Source: an uncultured Bacilli bacterium (GTDB taxonomy: Bacteria > Bacillota_I > Bacilli_A > RF39 > UBA660). Taken from it: DNA of 64,000 nt. Shown in pieces: positions 10,842 to 19,747 of this stretch (position 1 is its first letter; every line of letters begins with the position of its first letter). The notes beneath the pieces are model-generated. The model had not been told where the DNA came from. It saw only the letters and a list, made by a program, of their open reading frames with translations, and searched no databases. The position numbers and the translations under genes are program-made. Location: positions 882-64,881 of the forward strand of contig CAKPMC010000005.1 in NCBI GenBank assembly GCA_934167875.1, given 5' to 3'.

Positions 10842-11384
10842 TTATTCTAAAGATGCATTACTATCAGCTGGTAAAGGCATCTTTTCAATAAACTCATCTA
10901 ATAATTTATCATCTTTTTTTACTTTTAAAGTATCATCCTTAATTTCTTGTTTCTTTATTTTATTAAAATCAATGCCAATAAAAATTAATAATACATTAGA
11001 TAAACATAATATATACAACATAGCCTTAATAGGTGCAATCATATCTGCAAAGTAATTAAAATTAATATCATACCCTAATCTAATCATAGCTATCATATTA
11101 CGATCAAAGAAAGTTCTATATACAGAAAATAAAATCATAATAAATACTAAACAGCAAGTTATATTATAAAATGTACTTTCAATAACATTTTTTTGTTTAA
11201 ATATCAAATTAATTGCAAATAAAATAAATAATAATACAAAAGGAATAAAGTTATAAATAGCCCCAATCATATCTTTTTCTAATCGATTATACATATTAAC
11301 AATAATATAGAAAGTAAAAACAAAAGAAATAAGTAATAATAACATCTTTAGAAAACATAAAAACCAATTAACAATTTTATTCAT
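10842..11384 (-). CDS. Hypothetical polytopic membrane protein, last gene of the SipW module
   Basis: About 4 TM helices and a charged C-terminus. ATG at 11384 lies about 9 nt after GAGGTGA and overlaps the upstream gene by 8 nt. Confidence 0.5.
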   Translation of the reverse strand: MNKIVNWFLCFLKMLLLLISFVFTFYIIVNMYNRLEKDMIGAIYNFIPFVLLFILFAINLIFKQKNVIESTFYNITCCLVFIMILFSVYRTFFDRNMIAMIRLGYDINFNYFADMIAPIKAMLYILCLSNVLLIFIGIDFNKIKKQEIKDDTLKVKKDDKLLDEFIEKMPLPADSNASLE

Positions 11385-12072
11385 AGTTACCATTCACCTC
11401 ATTCATAAACCATTCTGAAATAAATTCAACAAAGTTAGCAGCTCTACTATAAGCATCTATAACTTCGTAAAAACCATCTTTAGTATTATTCTTAATAGAT
11501 GCAGAAGCAATTGAAGTATTAAAATAATAACTACTATTATTTATTAAATCCTTTTTCAAATATGAAGTTTCATTTAATAAAGTATCAACATATAATTTCA
11601 TCATATCACGATTATCAAGTAAATAAGAACTATTAAATGTATCAGGTGTTATAGAAGTAGTCCAATATAAACTATTAACGATACAATCACTAAGAATATT
11701 ATTTTCATAAGATTCTCTCAAATTATAAACATCAATTATATTTAATTGTTGCTTACCTCTCATACTTTGAATAGTATCGTTATTAAAACTAGCTACACAA
11801 GTTTTTAAATTTGACGAAATAACTATCATCTTAGCAGTAGGAATATTACCAGAATAAGTATTAGCATCAAAAACAGAAATATTACTGTTAATCTTATTAA
11901 GTTTATTTTCAATATCAAGTACTAAAGGTTGACTATCAAAATCAACAATAAAATCCTTTCTTATTTCCAAATAATGGTATGCATTAGCTAATAAATAAAA
12001 ACTAGCAAAGCCAAAAACTAAACCAATTAATGCATAATTAATAAAACTAATATATTGCTTAAAAAAATCCAT
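11377..12072 (-). CDS. Hypothetical N-terminally anchored extracytoplasmic protein
   Basis: One N-terminal TM helix followed by an Asn/Ser-rich soluble domain. RBS AGGAGG. Lies 8 nt downstream of sipW. No family recognised. Confidence 0.5.
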   Translation of the reverse strand: MDFFKQYISFINYALIGLVFGFASFYLLANAYHYLEIRKDFIVDFDSQPLVLDIENKLNKINSNISVFDANTYSGNIPTAKMIVISSNLKTCVASFNNDTIQSMRGKQQLNIIDVYNLRESYENNILSDCIVNSLYWTTSITPDTFNSSYLLDNRDMMKLYVDTLLNETSYLKKDLINNSSYYFNTSIASASIKNNTKDGFYEVIDAYSRAANFVEFISEWFMNEVNGNYE

Positions 12073-12080
12073 AATTCCTC

Positions 12081-12857
12081 CTATAAAATATCATTATCAT
12101 CTTGATTTTGAGTATCAGATTGTTGACTATTTATATTACTAGTATTATCAGTTTGATAATAATTATTATTTTGATTATAAATATTATTGTTATTAACAAC
12201 TACAGATTGACTATTATCTATATTATTAACAATATTATTATTACTATTATTATTAACTACCGTAGTCTGTTCATTTTCAATATTGATATTATTAGGTTGT
12301 TGTTTAGTAGATTTAAATAATTTTAATACATCGCCACCAATAATAAATAAACATGGTATAACTATAATTAATAACCAACCAATGGGTTTAGTAAGAAAAT
12401 ACTGAATATAACCTATCATTGGTATTTTTAAATATACTTTACCAATTACTTCATCAGGTGAAATAAGTGCAAAATCAGCTGTGTTATTGTGATCTCCTTT
12501 AGTTCTGTATTTTATACCGCTTTCTGTTTCAACTATACCTATAACACGGTGTGTAATAGGAGTTCCATTTGTCTCTATATTTTTAGAAATAAATGTAATT
12601 ATATCATTCATTTCAATTTTATTTTGACTAACTCTCATTGTAACAACAGCATCTCTAACATTAATACTAGGAACCATACTATTACTCATAATAATATAAG
12701 CTCCAAATAATGGTTGTCTTTTCTGTCCTTGTTTCATACCAATTTTTTGATCAATAAAGTAAGCTAAGAACATAAAAACTACTACTACAAGTAAAGCCAT
12801 AATAGAATAGAAAAGTACTGACGACAAAAAGTGAATAACTTTACGGAATTGACTCAC
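12081..12857 (-). CDS. sipW: Signal peptidase I, SipW (archaeal/ER) type, with an Asn-rich C-terminal tail
   Basis: Catalytic Ser box MSNSMVPSI and His box ITHRVIG, an N-terminal TM helix and a second TM helix near residue 165. GTG start after GGGGTGA. Confidence 0.8.
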   Translation of the reverse strand: MSQFRKVIHFLSSVLFYSIMALLVVVVFMFLAYFIDQKIGMKQGQKRQPLFGAYIIMSNSMVPSINVRDAVVTMRVSQNKIEMNDIITFISKNIETNGTPITHRVIGIVETESGIKYRTKGDHNNTADFALISPDEVIGKVYLKIPMIGYIQYFLTKPIGWLLIIVIPCLFIIGGDVLKLFKSTKQQPNNINIENEQTTVVNNNSNNNIVNNIDNSQSVVVNNNNIYNQNNNYYQTDNTSNINSQQSDTQNQDDNDIL

Positions 12858-12960
12858 ACTATCACCCCTATTCTTATTATTACTACACTAATAATATCAC
12901 AGAAAAAAATGGAAGTAAAACAAAAAAGAAAAACAATAGTTCTTCTTTACACAATATAAA

Positions 12961-13596
12961 CTAGTATACACTACTTGCTGCAACATTAACTTTTAAAGAA
13001 AAAGCCTTATCATTAATAGTTGAATAATCAAATTGAGAATCTTCAGGTAACTTAAGCCACATCCTCAATCTAAATTTTTGACCATACGCAACTTCGCCAG
13101 ATTGAACTCTTCCATAATATATAGTTTTTCCAGTTAATGCTTTATTATCTGTATTTTTTAATTCACTATATGTAATAACATTATTATCAATAACAGTTAA
13201 AGGCGTTTCCATTTCGCGATTACCATCAAATGATGTTAAATAAATTTTTACATACTCATCTGGTAATGTAGATTTTTCATCTTTATTAACAGTTATTTCA
13301 TATGATAAATTAGAAGTAGTAGTACTAGCTGAAACACTAAAATCAAAGTATTCACCATCACCTGATAACAACTTACCCATATCATCTGGTATAGGTTCAG
13401 CATCTTCTATAAGAATTCCATTTCCACCACCATTAGCATCTGAATAAGAAAAAACAACCCTACCAGTTTGAATAACATTATTAGTCATACCTGTACCAAA
13501 ATAATTAAATATCGCATAACTAATACCACTAAAAATACAAATCAAAGACAGTAATAAAACTATACAAGCTAAAAATTTATATTTATTTTTCATCAT
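12961..13596 (-). CDS. Secreted protein with a SipW-type (TasA/camelysin-like) signal peptide, paralog 2
   Basis: Signal anchor followed by SYAIFNYFGTGMTNNVIQTGRVVFSYSD, comparable to TasA WAAFND...SGTLDL. Paralogous to the upstream gene. Confidence 0.55.
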   Translation of the reverse strand: MMKNKYKFLACIVLLLSLICIFSGISYAIFNYFGTGMTNNVIQTGRVVFSYSDANGGGNGILIEDAEPIPDDMGKLLSGDGEYFDFSVSASTTTSNLSYEITVNKDEKSTLPDEYVKIYLTSFDGNREMETPLTVIDNNVITYSELKNTDNKALTGKTIYYGRVQSGEVAYGQKFRLRMWLKLPEDSQFDYSTINDKAFSLKVNVAASSVY

Positions 13597-13601
13597 ACTT
13601 T

Positions 13602-14237
13602 CTACTCCTCTACTTGATAAGCATAAACATCAACTTTAATAGAAAAAAATTGATCATTGTAGTTAGTAGCATCAGCTGCAACCCACATTCTAAGTCGATA
13701 TAAATCATTATAGTTTTCTAATCCTTTTTCTAAAGTTTTTTCATATAAAACATAATAACCCTTATTATTAATAGTTTCTTCTTTTAAATTAGAAAATTTA
13801 TCAAAAACCAATTCTTCTTCATGACCACCAAGTAATTGAGTTAAGTACACTTTTACTTTATTATTAGCCAAAGTTGAACTAGAATCTTTATTAATTAATA
13901 ACTTATAATGAACTTTAGAACTTTTAGTACTAGCAGTAGTACTAAAATCAAAATATTGACCATTACCAACCATAACTTTTCCAATACTATCTGATATAGG
14001 AACCGCATTTGTTAAAGATATTCCATTTCCAGCTTGACCAACATCTGAATATGAAAACACAATTTTACCAGTATCTACACTGTTATCTGTTGAATCTGAT
14101 TTATAAATTGAATAAGTAATACCAAACACACAAAAAAATAAAAGAATAGTAAATATAAATAAATATATAAAATAATTACTCTTTTTATTTTCTTTAGAAG
14201 TGGTACTATTAACAGAACCATTTAAATTATTATCCAT
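13602..14237 (-). CDS. Secreted protein with a SipW-type (TasA/camelysin-like) signal peptide, paralog 1
   Basis: Signal anchor followed by TYSIYKSDSTDNSVDTGKIVFSYSD. Shares the blocks GNGI, YFDFS, STL, VKVYLT, RLRMW and FSIKV with paralog 2. Confidence 0.55.
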   Translation of the reverse strand: MDNNLNGSVNSTTSKENKKSNYFIYLFIFTILLFFCVFGITYSIYKSDSTDNSVDTGKIVFSYSDVGQAGNGISLTNAVPISDSIGKVMVGNGQYFDFSTTASTKSSKVHYKLLINKDSSSTLANNKVKVYLTQLLGGHEEELVFDKFSNLKEETINNKGYYVLYEKTLEKGLENYNDLYRLRMWVAADATNYNDQFFSIKVDVYAYQVEE

Positions 14238-14249
14238 AGTAACCCCTTT

Positions 14250-14849
14250 CTACCAACCCCAACGAATTATCTCATACCTAACATTTCTTTGTCTTCCTAC
14301 TATATCCATATCATCTGTTTCAGTAACTAAGAAGTCCATTATATTACCCTTAATAGCACCGCCTCTATCTAAAACAATACCAATAATTGGTTCATTAGAA
14401 AAACTAACATTAGTTATTTTAACTATAGAACCACATGGAATGGCAGGATCGGCAGCAAGTATACGTATCTTACCATAAGTTGAATCATTAAAATAAATAT
14501 TTCCATTTCTAACATCTTGTCGTGGTGGACAAGCAACTTTACCAGTACAACCAACACAAACAGGATTATATGCAGTCATTTGACCAACAAAAGCAACTGG
14601 AGTACTTGAACCATACAAAGAAACTTCTTGCATATTACTAACTTCACGAACATTAATAATTTTACTACGACTATCATATTTAGTAATAATATGAATAGCT
14701 TCTATTGATTTAACCCCATTCATATTATGAATAGTATTTTTATTATGATCAACCTGAGAAGTCATTACACAAAACAAGCCAAAAAAAGCACTAACTACTA
14801 AAAAACGAGTTCCAATAACCCTATAAAAAGATGTTGACTTATTTTTCAT
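14250..14849 (-). CDS. 3D-domain (MltA/YabE-like) secreted protein
   Basis: Signal peptide plus a 3D-domain pattern: TAYNPVCVGCTGKVACPP...ILAADPAIPCGSIVKI...IVLDRGGAIKGNIMDF. Occupies the position of B. subtilis yabE after tatD. Confidence 0.75.
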   Translation of the reverse strand: MKNKSTSFYRVIGTRFLVVSAFFGLFCVMTSQVDHNKNTIHNMNGVKSIEAIHIITKYDSRSKIINVREVSNMQEVSLYGSSTPVAFVGQMTAYNPVCVGCTGKVACPPRQDVRNGNIYFNDSTYGKIRILAADPAIPCGSIVKITNVSFSNEPIIGIVLDRGGAIKGNIMDFLVTETDDMDIVGRQRNVRYEIIRWGW

Positions 14850-14892
14850 ATTAAATCACCTACCGGCACGATTATCTATTAAGGTAAATATA

Positions 14893-15657
14893 TCACACTT
14901 CTACATCTAAGTCAAATACCCTAATAGCGTTTTCAGTAGTTATTTTTGCGACTTTTTCTAAAGAAATGTTTTTTATTTCCGCTATTTTTTGAGCTATATA
15001 AGGAATATTACTAGATTCATTAGTTTTTCCCCTATTTGGTTCTGGAGTTAAATAAGGACTATCTGTTTCTAAAACGATATTCGTAAGTTTCAATTTTTCT
15101 ATGACTTCAAAAAGTTTACTGTTTTTAAAAGTTACTACTCCCCCTATTCCAAGTAAAAAACCTAAACTAATAAATTTTTTCGCCATTTCTAAACTACCAC
15201 TGAAACAGTGAATCACGCCAGATACTTTATATTTTTTAAGAATTTCATAGGTCTCATTGATAGAATCACGGCTATGAATAACGACTGGTACTTTTAATTT
15301 TTCAGCTATTTCTAATTGCTTACAAAATACTTCTCTTTGTTTGGCCTTGTTATCTTTATCCCAATAATAATCAAGTCCAATTTCCCCAATTGCTACTATT
15401 TTAGGATTATTTTTAACCATTTCTTCTAATATCTCGTAATCTTTTTCCACAATTTTGTTACTAACTTCAGGGTGATAACCAATACAAGCATATAAATTTT
15501 TATATTTTTCCACAAATTTAGTTGATAACATAACATCATCTTTCTCACAAAAAGAAGCAATCAACACTTCCACATGAGCATCACTTGCATTTTTAACATA
15601 TAAATCAGGTTCTACCCCAAAATCATCTCCAATGTGCATATGTGTATCTATAAACAT
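14893..15657 (-). CDS. tatD: TatD family metal-dependent DNase/hydrolase
   Basis: Motifs FIDTHMH, GEIGLDY, HSRD, HCFSG and ETDSPYL. Confidence 0.92.
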   Translation of the reverse strand: MFIDTHMHIGDDFGVEPDLYVKNASDAHVEVLIASFCEKDDVMLSTKFVEKYKNLYACIGYHPEVSNKIVEKDYEILEEMVKNNPKIVAIGEIGLDYYWDKDNKAKQREVFCKQLEIAEKLKVPVVIHSRDSINETYEILKKYKVSGVIHCFSGSLEMAKKFISLGFLLGIGGVVTFKNSKLFEVIEKLKLTNIVLETDSPYLTPEPNRGKTNESSNIPYIAQKIAEIKNISLEKVAKITTENAIRVFDLDVEV

Positions 15658-15683
15658 AGTAAAACCTCCAAAAATAATTATAA

Positions 15684-15716
15684 CATAAAAAAAGTAGCTA
15701 TTATGATAACTACTTT
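15684..15716 (-). terminator. Intrinsic terminator downstream of metG
   Basis: AAAGTAG..CTACTTT stem with an inner 3-bp extension, followed by a T5 run on the minus strand. Confidence 0.65.
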
Positions 15717-15767
15717 GTATAATTTTTTTCTAATATAATATAAATGTTTTAATTATAACTCAAAATA

Positions 15768-17309
15768 TTATTTTTTACCTAATTCTGCTAGTTTTTTCTC
15801 TTTATCAATTCTCATAAATAAAGCTTCAGGGCAACCAACTTCATAAGAATTATCACTTAAGTAAGTTAATTCACTTCTAGAATTATTAATCTGCGTCTTT
15901 ATTTTTTCACTTGTATCAGGTAAATATGGTCTTAAGAAAATACCACATACACGAATAGACTCCAATAAGTTATATAAAACTGTTTCTAATCTATCTTTTT
16001 TACTTTCATCTTTTGCTAAAACCCAAGGTTCAGCTTCGTCGATATATTTATTGCTTCTTCTTAATACATCAAATATTTCATCAAGTGATGCACCTATTTC
16101 TAAATTGTCCATTTTCTTTTCAATTTTACTATCAAGATTTTGAATCATAGAAATTAACTCATTATCATAAGTGTCTAAAACATTTTTATTACTAACTTTT
16201 CCATCAAAATATTTATTAACCATAGAAATAGTACGATTAACCAAATTACCTAAAACATTAGCTAAATCACTATTAATTCTTTCAATTAATAAATCATAAG
16301 TTAAACTACCATCTTGTTGATAAGGAATTTCATGAAGTAAATAATAACGAATTGCGTCTACTCCAAACTCATTTACTAAATCATCAGCATAAATAACGTT
16401 TCCTTTAGACTTACTCATTTTACCATCACCTACTAATAACCATGGGTGACCAAATACTTGTTTTGGAAGTGGTAAATCAAGACTCATTAAGAAACAAGGC
16501 CAATAAATAGTATGAAAACGAATAATATCTTTTCCTATTAAATGTAAGTCAGCAGGCCAATATTTACTAAACATTTCACTACTTCCATCTGGATCATAAC
16601 CAATATTAGTAATATAATTTGTTAGAGCATCAAGCCATACATAAACAACATGTTTAGGATCAAAATCAACTGGAATTCCCCAATTAAAAGAAGTACGAGA
16701 AACACATAAATCTTGAAGACCTGGCTTAATAAAATTATTAATCATTTCATTTTTTCTAGACTCTGGTTTAATAAAATCAGGGTGTGATTCAATATACTCT
16801 ATTAATCTATCTTGATACTTAGAAAGTCTAAAAAAGTAAGCTTCTTCACTTTTTGGTTCCACATCACGACCACAATCAGGACACTTTCCATCAACTAACT
16901 GACTTTCTGTAAAGAATGATTCACAAGGAGTACAATAAAGACCTTCATATTTACCTAAATAAATATCACCTTTATCATACATTTTTTTAAATATTTTCTG
17001 TACAATTTCTTCATGATGCTTATCAGTAGTTCTTACAAATTTATCATAACTTGTGTTCATAATATCCCAAATATTTTTGATTTCAGCGGCAACACCATCA
17101 ACAAATTCTTTAGGAGTAATTCCTTTTTCTTCTGCTTTTATCTGAATTTTCTCACCATGTTCATCAGTTCCTGTTTGAAAATAAACATCAAATCCTTTTA
17201 ATCTTTTATAACGTGCAATACTATCTGCCAAAACTATCTCATAAGTATTACCAATATGAGGTTTTCCTGATGTATAAGCAATAGCTGTTGAAATATAATA
17301 TTTTTCCAT
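15768..17309 (-). CDS. metG: Methionine--tRNA ligase (short form, without a C-terminal tRNA-binding domain)
   Basis: HIGH-type motif GKPHIGN, KMSKS motif and zinc knuckle CPDCG. Start refined to MEKYYIST (ATG at 17309, GGAGAG RBS). The track ORF would overlap dut. Confidence 0.95.
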   Translation of the reverse strand: MEKYYISTAIAYTSGKPHIGNTYEIVLADSIARYKRLKGFDVYFQTGTDEHGEKIQIKAEEKGITPKEFVDGVAAEIKNIWDIMNTSYDKFVRTTDKHHEEIVQKIFKKMYDKGDIYLGKYEGLYCTPCESFFTESQLVDGKCPDCGRDVEPKSEEAYFFRLSKYQDRLIEYIESHPDFIKPESRKNEMINNFIKPGLQDLCVSRTSFNWGIPVDFDPKHVVYVWLDALTNYITNIGYDPDGSSEMFSKYWPADLHLIGKDIIRFHTIYWPCFLMSLDLPLPKQVFGHPWLLVGDGKMSKSKGNVIYADDLVNEFGVDAIRYYLLHEIPYQQDGSLTYDLLIERINSDLANVLGNLVNRTISMVNKYFDGKVSNKNVLDTYDNELISMIQNLDSKIEKKMDNLEIGASLDEIFDVLRRSNKYIDEAEPWVLAKDESKKDRLETVLYNLLESIRVCGIFLRPYLPDTSEKIKTQINNSRSELTYLSDNSYEVGCPEALFMRIDKEKKLAELGKK

Positions 17310-17319
17310 AATATCTCTC

Positions 17320-17799
17320 CTATCTACCTGTAGAACCAATACCACTCGTTCTAACATTATCTATATTTTCTTCATTATCAACTGTTAAAAATGGAATAAA
17401 AATACCTTGGCAAATTTTATCACCTTTTTTTACTACATAATCTTTATCTCCATGATTTTCCAGTTTAATCCACATATGACCTTCGTTATCAGGATTATTA
17501 TAATAATCTCTATCAATAACGCCAACTTGATTGCACATTCTAACATTATATTTAAATCCTTGACTACTTCTTACCACTATTAGTAAAACTTCTGATGAAT
17601 TCATATTAGCCTTAACACCAAGTGGAAATTTTTTTATTTCACCAGGTTTCAAAGTAAAATCAAATAAAGATTCAAAATCATAACCAGCACTTTCTTTCGT
17701 ACTTCTCTTAGGAATATTATATGATTCATATAATTCTTTATCATCACTTACATCATTTTTAAATTGTTCAAAACTAATTTTTTCAAAATATCTTGCCAT
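17320..17799 (-). CDS. dut: dUTP diphosphatase (trimeric dUTPase family)
   Basis: Motifs SAGYDF, VVRSSQG, GVIDRDYY, KGDKICQ and C-terminal RTSGIGSTGR. ATG at 17799 lies 6 nt after GGAGG. Confidence 0.8.
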   Translation of the reverse strand: MARYFEKISFEQFKNDVSDDKELYESYNIPKRSTKESAGYDFESLFDFTLKPGEIKKFPLGVKANMNSSEVLLIVVRSSQGFKYNVRMCNQVGVIDRDYYNNPDNEGHMWIKLENHGDKDYVVKKGDKICQGIFIPFLTVDNEENIDNVRTSGIGSTGR

Positions 17800-17811
17800 A
17801 ATTACCTCCAA

Positions 17812-18021
17812 AAAAAGCGACTATTCTTCCATAAGGACGAATAATCGCGGTACCACCTTAATTTATAGCATAACACTATACACTTAAACTCTTAACGCGA
17901 GTAACGAATAACTATAATTATCAGCTCCAGAACCATTTATTATTGTTCCTCTATATCTACTTTCACCTAACTAGACTCTCTCAAATAGATTTCCAATAAC
18001 TCTTTCCTTCAAAACATTTAT
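17812..18021 (-). promoter_or_regulatory. T-box riboswitch leader, probable Met specifier
   Basis: The minus strand carries Stem I boxes AGAGAG and GGTGAAAG and a candidate specifier AUG in AAUAAAUGGUUC. The T-box sequence AAUUAAGGUGGUACCGCG follows, then the terminator GCGATTATTCGTCC-TTAT-GGAAGAATAGTCGC-T6. Confidence 0.85.
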
Positions 18022-18028
18022 GTAATGG

Positions 18029-18057
18029 ATTATAACACAAAATAATTAACTATTCAA
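18029..18057 (-). promoter_or_regulatory. Sigma-A type promoter of the T-box/dut/metG unit
   Basis: TTGAAT, a 17-nt spacer, then TATAAT preceded by TGT. The -35 element overlaps the spoVT stop codon. Confidence 0.6.
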
Positions 18058-18562
18058 CGCTTTTAGCTAAAATTGAAACAATAAATCCAACTAAATTTTT
18101 ATCTTCTTCATTTATATCATCACTAATTAAAATAACGCTTCCTAAAGAATCACTATCAACCAAAATTGGCACTAAAAAACAAGAACTTACTAGATCACTT
18201 TTATTAGATATCAAAATCTTTTCTGTAGAAACAAACTCAATACGTTCATTTATTTTAGATCTTAAAGTACTACTTAATTCACATTTTAAATATTCTTTCA
18301 TATTTTTACTACAAGAAATTACTTTATCACGATCAGTAATAATAATTTCTTTATTAAAAAAATTAGCTACCATACTAGTTAACATATTAGCTAATTCTAA
18401 CATATCATCAAGTAAGGAATACTTTCTAATAATAATTCCATTATTATCTACATATATTTCAACACTATCTCCCTCATTAATTTTAAAGTTTCTACGTATT
18501 TCTTTAGGAATTACTATACGTCCAAGATCATCAATTCTTCTAACAACACCAGTTGCTTTCAT
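18050..18562 (-). CDS. spoVT: Stage V sporulation protein T (AbrB-type N-domain plus GAF-like C-domain)
   Basis: N-terminal sequence MKATGVVRRIDDLGRIVIPKEIRR, size of 170 aa, and position downstream of mfd as in Bacillus. Confidence 0.9.
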   Translation of the reverse strand: MKATGVVRRIDDLGRIVIPKEIRRNFKINEGDSVEIYVDNNGIIIRKYSLLDDMLELANMLTSMVANFFNKEIIITDRDKVISCSKNMKEYLKCELSSTLRSKINERIEFVSTEKILISNKSDLVSSCFLVPILVDSDSLGSVILISDDINEEDKNLVGFIVSILAKSVE

Positions 18563-18611
18563 AAATAACCCTCTTTCTACCTATAGTGTTAGAAAAATTT
18601 AATAAAATATA

Positions 18612-18644
18612 CAAAAAAAATATAGAAAAAAATCTATATTTTTT
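18612..18644 (-). terminator. AT-rich intrinsic terminator ending the orphan three-gene operon
   Basis: AAAATATAGA / TCTATATTTT stem flanked by A and T runs (bidirectional shape). Confidence 0.6.
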
Positions 18645-19280
18645 TTACGCTACTTTAGTTGTTTTATTAGAAATTTCTTGAAAACGCAAATAACTTTCTT
18701 TAGCCTTATTAATCAAATTATTATCACGAAGCATCAATTCCATATGAATTTTAGTTTCTAATTTCCCATATAATCTATTTTTTAAATAATCAGTAATACG
18801 ACTCAAAGCTAGTTCTTCTTTTTCTTCATCAACTTTATCTAAAATAAACTTATTAAGAAGTTCAATACCTTTATTCTGAATATTAGTTATTGAATATTCA
18901 GTAAAACTGTCCTTAAATATTCTAGTTGTATCAAAAATCTTATTATAATAATCGTTTAAAGATTCTTCTTCAAATTCTAACTGATTAATGTTTTTTTCTA
19001 ATGTTTCTTTCTTTATATTTAATAATTTTTCTATTTCTTCATAACTAGCAAGTTTCATTTCATTGATAGAATTAGTAATAAATTTATCACTATTAACAAT
19101 TCCTGAATCTTCATTTATAGCCAAAATATTTTTAATAGCCGTATCAAATTCTAAATTAAATATATTAATGATAGTTTCTAAAAGACTATTTATATTTTTA
19201 TCTAAATCATATTTTAAGTTATTTAACAAAATTACTTTATTTTTTTCACGAAACATTTCTTTGATATCTCTATCCATCAT
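18645..19280 (-). CDS. Hypothetical all-helical / coiled-coil protein
   Basis: 211 aa, rich in charged residues and Leu, with no TM helix and no recognisable motif. RBS AAAGGAA. Confidence 0.5.
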   Translation of the reverse strand: MMDRDIKEMFREKNKVILLNNLKYDLDKNINSLLETIINIFNLEFDTAIKNILAINEDSGIVNSDKFITNSINEMKLASYEEIEKLLNIKKETLEKNINQLEFEEESLNDYYNKIFDTTRIFKDSFTEYSITNIQNKGIELLNKFILDKVDEEKEELALSRITDYLKNRLYGKLETKIHMELMLRDNNLINKAKESYLRFQEISNKTTKVA

Positions 19281-19314
19281 ATCATTCCTTTATTATCAAG
19301 ATAATAATATCAGT

Positions 19315-19725
19315 TTAAAAATGATTAGTCAAATCTTTAGGTAAATTTTCTATAACTTGAGTTATGCTTCCATCATCACCTTGACCATATTTACGTTGAT
19401 AAAACCATTGTGCATCATTTAAAATTGTCTCACCTATCTCAATAGGATCTTTCTGTTTCATATTATTTTTAATTTTAGTATATTCTTTATTAACAAATTC
19501 TTTTATATCATTTTCAGTTAAATTTATATCAATAGAATAAATTGTTTTAGTTTCTTCACGAGGGTACAAAAGAGCCAACAAAACTAAAAATTTATTAGCC
19601 TCTATTCCTTGAGATTGCATCATACCATCATTGATATTTATAAAATCATTATGACAAGTATCTAAATATAATTCTGCATAATTGCAAATACTTTTTCTAC
19701 GTTCTAAATAATTATCTTGATTCAT
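19315..19725 (-). CDS. Hypothetical protein
   Basis: Start refined to MNQDNYLERRK (ATG at 19725, 7 nt after AGGAG). No recognisable family. Confidence 0.5.
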   Translation of the reverse strand: MNQDNYLERRKSICNYAELYLDTCHNDFININDGMMQSQGIEANKFLVLLALLYPREETKTIYSIDINLTENDIKEFVNKEYTKIKNNMKQKDPIEIGETILNDAQWFYQRKYGQGDDGSITQVIENLPKDLTNHF

Positions 19726-19747
19726 TATAATTCTCCTAACTTCCAAA

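Noticed and set aside
17310-17357. N-terminal extensions of track ORFs. These affect metG (to 17357), dut, tilS, divIC, rsmA, pth, rsmI, ricT, holB, dnaX, tadA, recF, comK, rnpA, mnmE, mnmG, abgT, spo0J and the DHH gene.
   Set aside because: In each case an internal ATG is preceded by a GGAGG-like RBS at 5-9 nt and matches the conserved family N-terminus. The extended versions overlap upstream genes or the SRP RNA and add hydrophobic or junk residues.
18563-18630. A sigma-G type forespore promoter upstream of spoVT (GTATA, about 19 nt, then CACTATA)
   Set aside because: The match to GHATR-18-CATXHTA is imperfect in both the -10 sequence and the spacing. It cannot be supported without a matrix scan or expression data.
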